From: Azolla caroliniana
Lineage: Eukaryota > Plantae > Polypodiophyta
Reading direction: 5' to 3'
Length of the DNA stretch: 64,000 nucleotides
Assembly: GCA_043228905.1 (NCBI GenBank)
Contig: JBHGNT010000020.1
Coordinates: forward strand, 1,488,001-1,552,000
Shown here: piece by piece, positions 46,384-60,400 of the stretch
Layout of the letters: each line of letters begins with the position of its first letter
Position numbering within the stretch: position 1 is the first letter of the stretch
Notes under the pieces: generated by a model
Told to the model about the DNA's origin: nothing
The model's database searches: none
Seen by the model: the letters and a program-made list of their open reading frames with translations, nothing else
Position numbers and translations under genes: made by a program

Positions 46384-49300
46384 TGAAGCTTGGAAACAGA
46401 AGAGGAGAAGATCTGAAGGGGAGTTAACCCTGTTTCTATGTATATATGTATGTATTGTCTGTATGTATAAATATGTATATATTTGTATGTATATGTATAG
46501 AGAGAGATGGAGAAGAACCCAATTATTCTTTCCGATGATGCATTTAGAGCTTCAATGGCGATGGATGAGAGGGGGAAAAGACAGGGGAGACTCTTCTTCT
46601 GCAGAGGAAGAAATTAGGGTTTGTCTGACCTGGTCTGGAAGAAGAAGAAGAAGAAGAAGAAGTACTAATGAGAGAGAGAGAGGAGATTGGATAAAAGTGG
46701 AGAGAGAGAGAGAGAGAGAGAGCGAATTGGGGGGAGGGCCCTCTTCGGACAAGCTTTTTTTTTTTCATTCTTTTCTTTTTCTTTTTCCCGCCTTCTTTTC
46801 CACCATAGCCATAACACCTGCAAACCCTAATTCTCTCTCTCTCTCTCTCTCCCCTATGTGAAGAAAAGATATATATATATGTATGTATGTCTGTATGTAT
46901 GTATGTATACAAAATGTACACCTTTTGAGAATCTTTTCTTAGCTCTGTGTGTGTGTGTGTGTGTGTGTCTTTCTTCTTCTTCTTCTTCGTTTCTATAGCA
47001 CTTTCTCTCTACACTTGGGGCCATCTCTATCTCTGGAGAAGGGATGGGGTCATCTCTCTCTCTCTATCTCTGGCGAAGAAGAGCTATACATATAGGGATG
47101 GGGAGAGAAGGGATCAGGGTGTGCGGGGTCTACGTTTAGTGGGAAGAGAAGGGATGGCCGCCCATCGTCATGTCATCTGTATCTGGAGGGCTTTCTCCCA
47201 TGGAGCTCAAAGTTTCTGAATCCATGCTTCCCGAAGCTTTGCTCCCAAGGGGGGCCCATCCTGAGAGGCAGGGGGAGAGGAGGGTCTTTTACATGCTTCG
47301 TGGCTAATCCAAGCTTTTTTTCCCCACGGAGCTCTTTGTTGTATTCCATCTTGCACACGCTAAGTTCGAGCATATGTAGATAGACAGATATTATGTTTTG
47401 GCGTCCATAGAGCAACCATATATTGAGAACCCATAATACCCAACCAAACTATCGTCTTGTATGCATCGTGTTAGTCGGTGGGTCCCCATTGAGGAGGAGC
47501 TTCATATTCATCCCATCAACCTTTCATGTTCAAACATGGGTGTCTTTGGGGGATGGGCAATCCCTGCATGTATGCATCACGTCAATCAAGGAGTCCCTAT
47601 TGAGGAGCTTCTATTTGTGCATCAGCCATTGAGTTCGAATTGAGGTTTCGTTTGGGGGGGGGGGGGGGGGGGGGGGGGTTGCAGTCCTTGTATCCATCAT
47701 GTCAGTCGAGAAATCCCCACTAAGGAGCATCTTGTTATATCGATCTATGTTCCTCGCATGCTCTTTGACTTTGGACTTGGGTGCAAGTTCATGGAGGTTC
47801 TTCGCGTCGACCATATCCCAAGGTTTCATGCTTTGTTTTCGATGTATGTACTAATAAAGACGATAGTTTGGTTGGGTTCCCTTTTGGTTCACAATTTGTT
47901 TTTTAGATGCATTTGCATAAAATTGTTGCATGACCATTTCTAAGTTGGCTTCAAGTAAGACCATTAAGTTAGGGAACTTTCTCTTTTATTGATATTCGAA
48001 AGAGCATGGAACCTTGTATTGGCTCTAAAGATTTGAGTTGTGCTTGGACATGGGTTGAAGGATCTTTTGTTTGTTGATTGGTCCAATTCCATTCCCGTGC
48101 ATGAAATCATAGGACTAAATGGAAAAAATGTCTCATAATTATAATAATGTAGCATAAACACCATGCATTCCTTTGGTCTTATAATAATCTTGGGTGCCAA
48201 GGATGTAAGTGCATCAAATATCAATTTTCTATCATCATCAAGGTTTGTCGAACTTGACTTTTTTTATAGACCAAAGTAGGGCATGCATGTGGTTGTTTCC
48301 ATGCATGTGGAGACCCATGTGTTAGAACGCATTTTTCTCTTCTATTGGATCACATGATCATCTCCTTCACATTCATATGAATATTCTACTGATCGATTGA
48401 TTTGGAAGGGCAATACTTTTCATAGTTTAGCTCCTAACGATGTCATAATTCTTCCTTAAGCATAAACTCTAAGAATTGTTGCCACATGTCTTTCATATAC
48501 AATTTATGTGAATATTATGCCCTAATTAGTCTAGTTAAATATAATGAATGAGCTACAAATGATTGATTATCAAAGCATTGAATTCTCGTACAACATTGTT
48601 GAGGAAGTCATGTTTCCTTTACATTAGCATATATATGTAAGCAATTAACTTATAGCATTTGATTGAATCATCTTGAAAAATGTAAAACGCATCATTTGGG
48701 AATTTATGTCTCTCTTAACCTTATGTAGTAGCACATAGAATATCTCAATGACAATGAGGGCGAAACTTTTCATGGTGAAGTGAGTGAGCATTTGAAATTG
48801 TGTCGTGTTTATTTGCATGGAAACTTTGATAATTGTTGTCTAGCTTGGGACTTGATACCAAAGTTATAATATTGTCATATCACTTATTGGGTGCCACTTT
48901 TTATGCATCATTTGGAACAAGTGATAATCATGTCATGTGGAATACAAGATGAAATTGTTATGGGTCATTACATTTGTCATGGAAGAATTAAGATCTATGA
49001 GATCATCATGAAAGCCACATTGGCATTGATTAATGAATAGCTCCTATTCTTTTTTTAGATTGTAGGGAAGTTGTTATAAGTTGATAATTTAAACTATGAA
49101 CGTGATGCTTTATAGACTTCTACGAATGGGGAAAAGAATTCTCAAGCAATATGCTTATAAGGCCAACCGGAGACATGGACATTGGAAAGCGATCAAACAA
49201 CATCCATTGAATGGCTCAACTCGTTGTATGAGCACTTGAAACTTTCTTTGAACCCCATTGAACTTTTCCCGCAATGCGTATTCTTGGTTCCTTGCAATAG

Positions 49301-49759
49301 ATAAAAGTGCAAGGGTTTCAATGCTTAGGCCTTGAGATATATTTTGCTTGAGATTATAGATAATGGTGTGTTGGAACAATAGCTCTTGACCATTCACTTG
49401 AACATGGGATTGGCCCTAGCTTGGAACTTCTAAAATGTTGTTTGATGCTTTGTAGAGTGGTCCAGTTTTGGTTCCATCATGTATAGGGAAGTTTCACAAT
49501 GAGGACTCTTTTCCAAATTCATATGGAACAAGTAGTGGAAGTGCTCAGTGCGTGGAGATGAATTACAATATAACAAGACATTGCATGTCTTGTATAAAAC
49601 AATACAAAGAAGTTGTAATAAATTACGTTGTGCTTTTGAAAATCATGCTTTAAAAAGAATCACCAAACACATTATAAATTACATGCTTTGAAGAAAACTA
49701 AACATGTTATAAAAAATCGTTCTGTCATATTTATTAACAATGCATATATACATTAGCTT

Positions 49760-50640
49760 GTTCGCCTCTCTCGATGAAGCACCCATCGTTATTGAATGGT
49801 ACTTGCATTCCTTGTTCAACAATCTGGCCGACCAAGACTAGGTTTTTCGTAATGGTAGGGACATGCAACACGTTCTTCAAGTAGATTTGTTTTCCGTCAC
49901 TTCCGAATGGGAAGTTCCTAATATGCTGTATTGGATGAGTTGTGTCATCGCCTGTTTCGACATATTCGAGACGTTCGGGTTTTCGTAATTCCCGAAACCA
50001 ATCTTCATGAGATGTCATGTGATTTGACACTCCTGAATCGATAAATCATACATTATTTGAGGTGGAGGCGCTAGTTGAAGCCTGTGCAGACCTCGAGTGC
50101 GCTTCATGTTTCATTATGAACATTCCGCCACGGTCGTTGTTGTCAGAATTCGAAGCGTAATTAGTAAGTTGTTGGCCTACCTGTTGTTTCTTCTTTCGGC
50201 ACTCCTCTTCGTAATGGCCGAGTTTTCTACAATACCCGCATTCGATTGGGTTTCTACGATTGCTTGGTCAAGCGTGATGACTCCCCCTTTTGCCGAACTC
50301 TCTAGGACCGAATCTGTCCGCTTGCCATTGGTGGGGGTTACGCTCATGATTGTGTCGGCCTTGGCTGAATCGGCCTCTCCTTTCGCGACCGTGTCCTCTT
50401 CCTCCATCGAAATTCGAATACAACACTTGTCTGTCGTGCGTGTTGTTCCTTTGATGCACGTGATTCTCCTTGACAAGCAATAACGATTGGAGATCAAAAA
50501 AGGAAGGAGGATTCTCTCTCGCAAGGATGGCCGATCTAATCGAGCCAAATCGAGGTGCTAAGCCACCAAGGCATATTTGCACCATCTCGTCATCATCGAT
50601 GATGACATTGATCGAACAGAGGGCGTCACCCTTGATCCTA
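49760..50640 (-). mobile_element. Copia gag-protease fragment (same family as 58209-60995)
   Basis: DDDEMVQICLGGL..PPSFFDLQSLLL; SNHMTSHEDWF; NVLHVPTITKNLV. Confidence 0.85.
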
Positions 50641-52599
50641 GGTTCTAAACTTAGACTCAATACTAAGTCTAGGTTTCACACCTTTTCCTTCTTTCCTTCC
50701 TACCTACTCACATACACATGCACTTCCCCCTAATATATTCCAAATATTTGAAATACCCCTCTTCTCGTGTTACCAAAATACTTCCACACATGGCCTAAAT
50801 TTGATGGGTTGGTATCGAAGTTTTTTTACGAGCATTTTTAAAAGATGTATGTCATATGACATAAGATTGCAAAAACCAACATGTCATTTGACATACAAAT
50901 TTAAAAAATGAAAAGCTCTATATAATGCTACATTGTTATACATGTCATTACTATAAAAGGTACACAAAGATACACAAATAAGCATAACTATCTCACAAAG
51001 ATAATGAAATACATAAAATAAATATCGTGTTGATGTTTTTACTAATAAGTATGTAAAAAAAGGTTTTCTTTTGGGAAAAAGGAGGGTATTTTTTTGGAAA
51101 AAAAGTGGTTATTGTTTTGGAAAAAAGGTTATCTTTTTGGGGGAGAAAAAGGTTAGTAAAAAATTTAGTTTCAACTTAAAACTTAAAACATTAAAATCAA
51201 ACCCATAGTTTAGACTCCCGTCGTGTCAGCTTCGGCTGGTCCATCGTTCTAGGTGCTCCTGGCGTCTCGACGCCTCGCTCGTGCTCCTCGTCCGGTTTGG
51301 TTCTGCATCCCACGACCCCTCTGGTCCAACGCTTCTCGACCCCTTCGATTCTGCACTCCTCGACCTGCTCGGTCGGCTTGTCTACTACCCAGTCCCTTGT
51401 CAGCAGCGCGCCTCGACCAGTCGACTCCTCCGTATTGGCGTCGGCTTTGGTTACCACCTTGTCCGCTTGGCCTTAATGCGATTCAGATCTCCCAAATCAC
51501 TCTTCTCGATCGAATCGACTATCTCTAATTCGTTCCTGCTTGTTGGCATAAAAGACCGACTCCTTCCACTTTGTATCCTAGTGTGAACTCGTCTAAAGAG
51601 TTAGGGCTTAGTATATAAGCGATAACCTAACATTATAAAGAGAGAGAAAGAAAGAAAGAAAGTTATATTAACGTAGAGAGAGAGAGAGAACAGAAATAAA
51701 GAGAGCTTTCATTAAAGTTTCATCTGTGTCTATCATCTTTCTATATCTTCTTGCCTTCCTTTTGTGTTGTTTGTTGAGCATAACCGACAGGTCCTCACAT
51801 ACGTTTCCACTATCGTGAGGAAAACTGGCTACGAGCATAAACAGAGACCTGAGCGCGTGAACTGCAACATACACGGATGCATGCAGTTGTAAATTATTTG
51901 TACATAGTCTAAGAATAGGTCGGCATGATGTGGACAACCTTTGATGTAGACACATTAAATAGATTGAGAAATCGAAACGAAACTCTGTCCGAAGCGATAG
52001 AGAATAAAGATCATGTAATTACAGGATGTGATGGCTCCTTCCTCGGGGACCTATAAAGGACGGGAGAGAGGGCTGAGAAAGACATTACATTTTTGTTGAG
52101 AGATCAAGCTCAACTTAGTTTAGTTAGTTAGTCAACAATGTAACTTCGTAGTTACCTAGATAGAATCTAGTTAGAAGTGTTGACTATAACGCCTTAAATA
52201 GGACCTTGTACTTAAGTGGGATATTCTAGATCCTCCACGCCTAAGTACTGTCAGGAATAGTACTAAAGTAGAGATGGAATTAGTATTAAGAATAGTACTA
52301 TTAGTACTAAGAGGACAGGACTGCGTAAGATTCCCGAGAGAGAGGAAGTGAGAAGAGGAGAGAGAGAGAAATAGGATGATGACAACAACTCTTATACTAT
52401 ATGAAAGATAAGTACAAATCGGCTAAGAGGCTTAAGACTGGTGTTGAACCAATTTGGTTCAAAACAATGCCTTGTGCCTCCATTTATAGTGTTTTTAGGA
52501 ATAATCCTGGAACTTCTAGAATGTTCCAGAGAGATCTGGAATATACATCAATTTCCTATGATAAAGCATAAATGAAAATAATATTTTACAAAATATAAT

Positions 52600-52671
52600 T
52601 CATAGTCTAATGGTAAGAGCTCGACCCATGTAGCATAAGGTCATGGGTTCGAGTCTTGCCATATCATGACA
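52600..52671 (+). other. tRNA-like segment with Pol III A and B boxes at the chromovirus LTR U3 end (second copy 57844-57915)
   Basis: TAGTCTAATGG(TAA) at 52603 and GGTTCGAGTC at 52646, with tRNA-like spacing; no convincing acceptor stem. Confidence 0.55.
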
Positions 52672-52712
52672 CTATCTCCCCCTTAAAGACGACGAGTGGA
52701 ACGAGTCGACGC

Positions 52713-55700
52713 TAATTGCGGACCGGGTTTGTCCAGATACTTTCAGTGGAAATCAGCAAGAAGATCTTGTGCATTGGCAACATGCTCGACGGGTTCCCAA
52801 GTACGTTCGCTCGGACTATAACCGAGCCAATCGACCAAGTAATAAAGTTTGTTGCGAACAAGTTTGGAATTGAGGATGGCAGCAACTTCATACTCCGGGC
52901 CGACGTCCAACTCTAGCGGCGGCGGCGGCGGCGGTGTCACATGATCAGGAATGGTGTTTGCTTTATAAGGCTCAAGAAGAGAACAATGGAAAACCGGATG
53001 TATCTGAAGTTGCGGAGGGAGATCAAGGCGGAAGGTGACATCATTAATCTTCCCCGTAATACGAAAAGGACCGAGTCGTCGATAATCCAACTTATCGCAC
53101 GGTCGAGTAGTCTTGATGTGACGATGTAAGAGCCATACTCGATCTCCGATGGCAAAAGAGGAGGGAATCCGATGACGATCCGCATAAGTCTTCTGTGTGT
53201 GTTGAGCATGACGAAGGTGAGTAGAGAGATCCATCTGGATCTTGCGTAGCCTCTCCAAATGATCCTCGGCACGAGGGTTGGTAGGTAGCTCCGGAGTGTC
53301 GATCACCGACCACCGAGGATGGAAACCGGTATAAGCGAAAAATGGGGAGACCCGAGTCTAGGAGTGAATAGCATTATTATACGCAAACTCCGCAAAGTGG
53401 AGAATCTCGGCCCAATCGTCCTGTTGATAACTCAGGAAACACCAGAGATATTGCTCTAGCGTTTGGTTTGTTCGTTCCGCCTGTCCGTCGGTCTGAGGAT
53501 GGTAGCCGGAGGAGAGGTTGTAGGAGACCTTGAGCATCTTGAAGAGATGCTGCCAAAATTTGGAGACAAATTGCGGGCCTCGGTCACTGATAATACTGTC
53601 TGGGAGGCCATGATGCTGAAATACCTCACGCATAACAAGAGCGGCGGTTTCCTCGCTAGTGATGGCTTTAGTACATGGCACAAAATGTGCCATCTTCGTA
53701 TATCGATCGACGACGGTTAGGATAGCATCGAACCCCTTCGAGACCGGCAGATCTGTGATAAAATCAAGACAAATAGACTGCCATGGCTTACTTGGAATCG
53801 GTAAAGGTTCCAACAAGCCATATGGATGGTGTCGTGGCATCTTTGCTCGGCAGCAAGCATCACAGGTCCGAACGTAGTCGTCGACAAAACGGCGCATGTG
53901 GGGCCACCAAAAAGATCGTTGCACTAGCTCCAACGTCTTAGTACTACCGAAATGTCCCGTCGTATGGGTGTCGTGACAATGTTGGACGATTTGAAGGCGA
54001 CAGGAGCAATCGGGGACATATACGCGCTTTTTAAAGAATAACAAACCATCATGATATTCGAATTGTCGGTAGTCAATACCTGGTTGTTGAGACTGAGAAC
54101 AGGATGCCCGAGAAGTATCAATGTGCGCCAGGATGTCTTAAGCAAAACTATCCGTCTTCAAGGTTGCATGTATGTCATTGGTAATCCGTGAATCCATCGG
54201 GGTGTGAAAAATCCGCGTCGTGTGCAATCGTGTTGGTCCCAAGATTACTTGCTTTTGATTATCAAATGTTGCGTCACCAGGACGAGGTGCAAGATATGAA
54301 CGCCGTGATAGTGCATCTGCTTTTCCTTGCTGCTTCCCCGGTCGATATGTGATTTTGAAGTCGAAACGCGTGAGGAATTGCGCCCACCGAGCTTGCCGTC
54401 GATTTAGTACGCGAGCGTTCTGAAAATAGGAAAGATTATTATGATCGCTAAAGACAATGACCTGATGTGGAGAGCCCTCTAAGAAATGCCGCCATTGTAC
54501 AAATGAATCCACGATGGTTAATAACTCCTTGTCATGTATTTCGTAGTTGATTTCTGCGACATCGAATTTGCGCGAATGGAAAGCCACCGGATGCAACTCT
54601 TCTTTATCGCCTTGTTGAGAAAGGATGCTACCGAGGGCGAAATCTGATGCGTCGGCCTCCATGATGAATGGTTTGCTTGTATCCACATGAGCTAGAATCG
54701 GTGCTGATGTAAAGGCTTTCTTAAGATGCCGAAAAGCCATATCTGCTTCTATGGACCAAAGAAATGCTTGCCCCTTCTTCGTAAGTTGTGTGAGAGGTAA
54801 AATAATCTTCGAGTAATCCTGTATAAACTTACAGTAGAAGTTAGCAAAACCTAGAAAACATTGTACATCTCGTACCGACCGTGTAATTTGCCACTCTAGT
54901 ACAGTTTGGATTTTAGCTGGATCCATGGCGATGCCCTTTGAGGAGATGACATAGCCTAGAAATTCCACTTGCTTGCAGTCAAAGCTACATTTTTCTAGCT
55001 TGGCATAAAGACCATTCTCGCGGAGTCGCTTTAGTACTAATAGTACATGAGAATCGTGCTCTTCCTGGGTCTTCGAATAAATCAACAGATCATCCAGATA
55101 AATGATCAAACAGATATCCAAGAGGTCTCTGAATATATCATTTGCCATGTGTTGGAAGACTGCGGGTGCATTGGTTAGGCCAAACGGCATAACAGTATAC
55201 TCGAAATGCCCATACCGCGTGCGAAAGGCGGTCTTCCACTCATCTCTCGGTCGGATCCGCACGAGATTATACGCTCCTCGTAGGTCGATTTTAGTAAAAA
55301 ACTTGGCACCATTAACTCGCTCTAAAAGACTTGATATAAGAGGAAGTGCATACCTATTCCGGATGGTGACTTTATTCAATCCGCGGTAATCAACGACAAG
55401 ACGAAGTGAGCCATCTTTCTTCTTGACAAAGAAGATGGGTGCACCGGCCGGAGATTTCGAATGGCGGATGAACCCGCTTGCCAAGTTCTCCTCTATGTAG
55501 GCTCGAAGGACTTGCTAACTCGGTGGGTGACAAGTTGTAAATTGGTCCCCATGGTGGCTCGGTTCCTGGTTGTAAATCGATGGGACAGTCATAGGGACGG
55601 TGATGAGGAAGGGTACCGACTTTTACCTTGTCAAATATATTGGCATAAGGATGATATTTTGCTGGAAGTTGTACTGAGGAGTCCTTCTTAATAGTGCTGG

Positions 55701-56265
55701 AAGGATGTACTGATATTGCAAATAGGAACATTGCCTCCTTGGGTCCTTCTTCGCGTAGTTGATGGAGTGAAATGGTCGAAACTTGGTGAGTTGATTCTTG
55801 GGGTGGTCGATATCGGACTTCTCTTGTTCTCCAATCTATGGCTGGATTATGTAATTCAAACCAAGGTAATCCTAGGACAATGGGATGCTCTGGACTACTA
55901 ATTATATTAAATGATATTACACACACAAAACTACCTAGGACAACTTGAATGGGTTCTGATTCTTTTATAATATTCCCGGAAGAAATGGGACGACCATCAA
56001 TGACTACTACAGATGCGGGACAAGGAAGTTTTCTTAAGGATATCTGAGAAGCTTGGGCAAAATTTCGATCCATGAAACAGGAATTAGCTCCGGAATCTAA
56101 AAGTGCTAGGACGGGTACTGGGGGAATACTTTTAGTACTAACAATGACTTGGGCTAGGAACACATTGCTAACTTGCTTGGAAGGAATGGAACCACTAATG
56201 GGCTGTACAGATCTAGGGCTGTTGTCCAACCAAACGGCTCCTATTTTGGCTGGACTCAATCGTTT
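52713..56265 (-). pseudogene. Chromovirus pol (PR-RT-RH-IN-chromodomain), with a frameshift and several stops
   Basis: ORFs 55390-56259, 54138-55484, 53358-54044 and 52743-53306 carry successive pol domains in Gypsy order. Confidence 0.92.
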
Positions 56266-57413
56266 AACTCTTCATCTAATTGACTAAGGATTTCAAATTT
56301 ATTTGAGATACTTGGGCTATTAGTACTATGAATACTATCAAACACTCTATTAGTACTATTAATACTATCAGACACTCCTAAGGGAAGAATTGACTCGGGT
56401 TTAGTACAGGCTACAATTTGATTTACCTGTCTTCTTGGCCTATGGGGACAATTGATTGCGATATGCCCTGGTCCACCGCAATAAAGACATAATCAATTTG
56501 CACGTCGTCGTTGCTTTTCTTCTTCCGATAACGGGCCGCGTCGACGCATGGTATCGATCTCCATCGGTGTCGAAGTATTTGCTTGAGGAATGTCTCGTGC
56601 AAATGGTCTAGCCGCGATTGCGGCGTAAGTGGGCTCCAGCCTAGCGCGTGGTATCTGTAATTGACGTTCCGAACGCCGTTCGAAGAGGCGGTTGTCACAT
56701 CGGACCGCTCGATTGATTGCCTCTGTAAGAGACTTTGGTTCTTCGGGGAAGGTTAGAAGTAGATGTTTGACATCATTTCGCAGGCCATAGCGAAACTGCT
56801 CCATTAGTGCTTGATCATCCCAGGGTATGTCGGAAGTGAGTAGGCGGAAATCCGCCGCATAGGCAGAGGCTGGACGATCGCCTTGACGCAATCGCCGGAT
56901 CTTGTTGATCGTCGTCCTGATGTTGTCGGTGTCTCCAAAGCAGGCTTTGAACTCACTAATAAAATCTTCAAAGTTATTAAGCAAGGGCGACTGTTTTTCT
57001 AGAAGCGGAGCGAACCATGCTAAGGCTGAGCCGCTAAGCAACGTGCCTATTAAGCCGACTCGGGATGCATCAGTGGGGTATCGGGAAGGATGCATTTGGA
57101 GGACTAATCGTACCTGATTAAGGAATCCCCTGAATTGCGATTGCGTTCCATCAAATTTCACAGGAAGTCCAATCTTCGGCTCTTTATGAAATCCTTGGGG
57201 ACTTGATCCTTGTTGTTGCAATGCCGCTTCGAGTTGTTGCACCCGTAACGCTAACTCCCCATGTTGTTGCTGCGTTTGTTGCTTTTCTAGAGCGATTTGT
57301 TGCAGATCCCCTATCAGTCGTTGGTTTTCTTGTTCTAGGGCAACAAACTTTTCTTTTAGGCACTGTAACTCGGAGAACATGGATTGATATTCTTGGGCGC
57401 TAACAGTAGCCAT
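56256..57413 (-). pseudogene. Chromovirus gag with CCHC knuckle (internal stop at 56493-56495, probable frameshift near 56400)
   Basis: PVKFDG..FRGF, LRQGDRPASAYAADF, PMEID; LCLYCGGPGHIAINCP follows the premature TGA; C-terminus ..NKFEILSQLDEELND*. Confidence 0.85.
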
Positions 57414-60400
57414 AGTAGGGGGAAAAGGATAGGAGAATGAGGGAGAACGACAAGTAGGCTGGAGGAAAGAGGAAAAAATTGGTTCAAACTATCAGGAATA
57501 GTACTAAAGCAGAGATGAAATTAGTACTAAGAAGAGTAGTACTATTAGTACTAAGAGGACAGGACTGCGTAAGATTCCCGAGAGAGAGGAAGTGAGAAGA
57601 GGAGAGAGAGAGAAATAGGATGATGACAACAACTCTTATACTATATGAAAGATAAGTACAAATCGGCTAAGAGGCTTAAGACTGGTGTTGAACCAATTTG
57701 GTTCAAAACAATGCCTTGTGCCTCCTTTTATAGTGTTTTTAGGAATAATCCTGGAACTTCTAGAATGTTCCAGAGAGATCTGGAATATACATCAATTTCC
57801 TATGATAAAGCATAAATGAAAATAATATCCTACAAAATACAATTCATAGTCTAATGGTAAGAGCTCGACCCATGTAGCATAAGGTCATGGGTTCGAGTCT
57901 TGCCATATCATGACAAGTACATTTAATATAGGACTTACACATTAGTACCTATATTCTACTCACATATGTGCACCTTTGCACATGAGATGTATATATACCT
58001 CATTGTGGGTATTTTTGTATTTGATGATGATAATGTTAATCTAATATACTTACTCATCCCCCATCTTGTGTTGTTCATAAGTGTATCTCTCTCTCTCTCT
58101 TCCTCTCACACACATACACACACATATCACTTAATCTTCCACTTATCACTTAATCACATAATTAGGTACTAATTAACCATTACTTAATTACATACCTAAT
58201 TCTTAACATGGTATCAGAGCGTGTGGTTTAGAAACTCCACTAAGCCCACCCGACTTCGTGATTGTGTGTTCAAAATGCCGACGACAAATTCCGGCCATCC
58301 GCGACCATAGTGCCGCTACGTAGCACAAGTACATGATCGAAGAAAGCAGAGCCAACAAGGAAGACACAAAACAACATGAACACACAAATGGGTAGCTCGC
58401 TCCCTAGCGAAAAGCTAGACCAGAGCAATTATTCATCTTGGGAGTACAAGATGACCCAATACCTCGTTGGCCAAGGGTATTGGAGCTACATCAACGGCGC
58501 ACACGAGAACAAGCCCGACAACACAAACGCCAACTACCTAACGTGGGAGCAAGGAGCGAGTCGGGTAATGTATTGCTTAGCAACATGTGTTCACGACCAA
58601 ATGCTTAGCCACATTTGAGACACCAAGACGCCTAAAGAGGCGTGGGAGAACTTAAAGAAAATGTTCGCCGCCAACACGACCGCCCGCAAACTTCAACTCC
58701 GTCAAGAGTTGAATAACATTCGGCAAAAAGACATGTCCGTGTCAGACTACACCGCCAAAATCAAGAGCATTTGTGACTCTCTTGGCTCCATCAACATAAA
58801 CGTCGACGAAGATGAGATGGTTCAAGTATATGCTTGGGCGGCCTCGCACAACGATTTGATCCACTACAGATGGCAATCTTGGTGAGAGATAACCCTCCTT
58901 CGTTCTTCGACCTCCAATCGATGTTATTGGTCGAAGAAAACCACGTTTGAACCAAAAGCAAGGCACCAGAAGGACAAATGTTCTTCTCGAATTCGGATGG
59001 TGGTCGAGGAAGAGGTCGTGGCGGTAGAAGAGGAAGCCATCGAGGAACCTTTGAAAGAAGGGGGAGCTTCCAAGCCAAACAAGGTTGGCAAACGAGGCCC
59101 GCAACTTGCAATTATTGCAGCAAAATCGGCCATTATAAGGCGCAGTGTCGGAAGAAAAGAAGCGAGTCGGCGTCGACAAGCCGACAACTCACAAACTACG
59201 CCAACAACTCTGAATATGAGGATTATGGCGGACTATTCGTAATGCGGCATAGGGCAAACTCTATGACTGCCTCCGATTCTGCAAGCATCTCCAATCCGGA
59301 AGACGTGTGGTTCGTAGATTCCGGTGCCTCACATCACATGACATCCCACGAAGAGTGGTTTCGCGATTTATGAACACCGGATCGACCCGGCTTTATAGAG
59401 ACGGGAGACGACACCACACATCCCATTCGGCATATCGGCAATGTCCCATTCGGGAAAGAAGGTGAGCAAACTTGCATCAAGATTGTCTTGCACGTGCCCA
59501 CAATAACAAAGAATTTGGTCTCAGTCGGCCAAATCGTGGAGCAAGGCATGCGAGTTTGCTTCACCAAAGACGGATGCTTCATCGAGAAAGATGGTCAAGT
59601 CGTAGTTGAGGGGCGGAGAGAAGGCCGAATGTTTATCCTCGATTCGAACGAGGTGAAATCGGCAATGTACGCTAAAGGTCTCAAAAACGAGACGAACATC
59701 GAGTTGTGGCACAAAAGAATTAGCCACATCAACCTCCAACGGCTCCAAGCTATGCAAACGAAGGGAGTCGTCATCGGACTTCCGACATTCGAGTCGACCG
59801 AGTATGTGAAGCGTGTCAACTCGGCAAACAACATCGACTCCCATTCCTGAAGGAGAGCTCCGCAAGCAAAGGCCTCCTCGACGTCATACACTCGGATGTA
59901 TGGGGACTGGCTCAAACGCCGACGATCGGCGAATGCCGATACTATGTAACCTTCATCGACGACTACTCGTGTTACGCGTGGATCTACCCGATGAAGAAGA
60001 AGAGCGAAGTGTTCTCCCACTTCCAAAAGCTCAAGGGGCAAGTCGAAAAAGAAACCGGTCGGCACATTTGATGCCTACGATCGGATGGAGGAAAGGAGTA
60101 CTTCTCTGACGAGTTCACCTCCTACCTCCAAAGTGAAGGCATTTGGAGAGAATTCTCATGCCGACACACACCCCAACATAATGGAGTCGCTGAAAGAAAA
60201 AATCGGCAAATACTCAAGGTAGCACGCGCCATGATGCATGAGAAGCACATGCCGAATTTCTATTGGGCCGAAGCAGCATCCACGACCGTCTATCTCATGA
60301 TCGATGCCCCACCAATGGAGTCCATGAGCTAACTCCATACGAGCTCCCCGTTGGAAGGAAGCCGATCCTATCGCACCTCAAGGTGTTCGGTAGCATTGCG

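Larger units (their letters stand above)
52249..57915 (-). mobile_element. Ty3/Gypsy chromovirus (Tcn1/Tf1-like), full length, mildly degenerate
   Basis: LTRs 57490-57915 and 52249-52671; perfect TSD AGTAC (52244-52248, 57916-57920), single copy in the sister LTR near 61145; PPT AAGGGGGAGATAG 52684-52672; gag from 57413; pol LLDSGA, YLDDLL, DASD, integrase, chromodomain YEVAAIL...YLVDWLGY..SERTWEP. Confidence 0.96.

Noticed and set aside
46316-47219. ORFs upstream of importin-5
   Set aside because: Low-complexity translations of GA/CT/GAA/TA microsatellites in the 5' UTR and promoter.
52600-52671. Functional tRNA gene
   Set aside because: A/B boxes are present but I cannot fold a proper acceptor and anticodon stem, and it is part of an LTR; kept only as tRNA-like.
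56260-56427. Intron joining chromovirus gag and pol (CAG|GTAAAT at 56427)
   Set aside because: No in-phase acceptor found before pol; the region reads as the gag C-terminus and a -1 frameshift explains the junction better.
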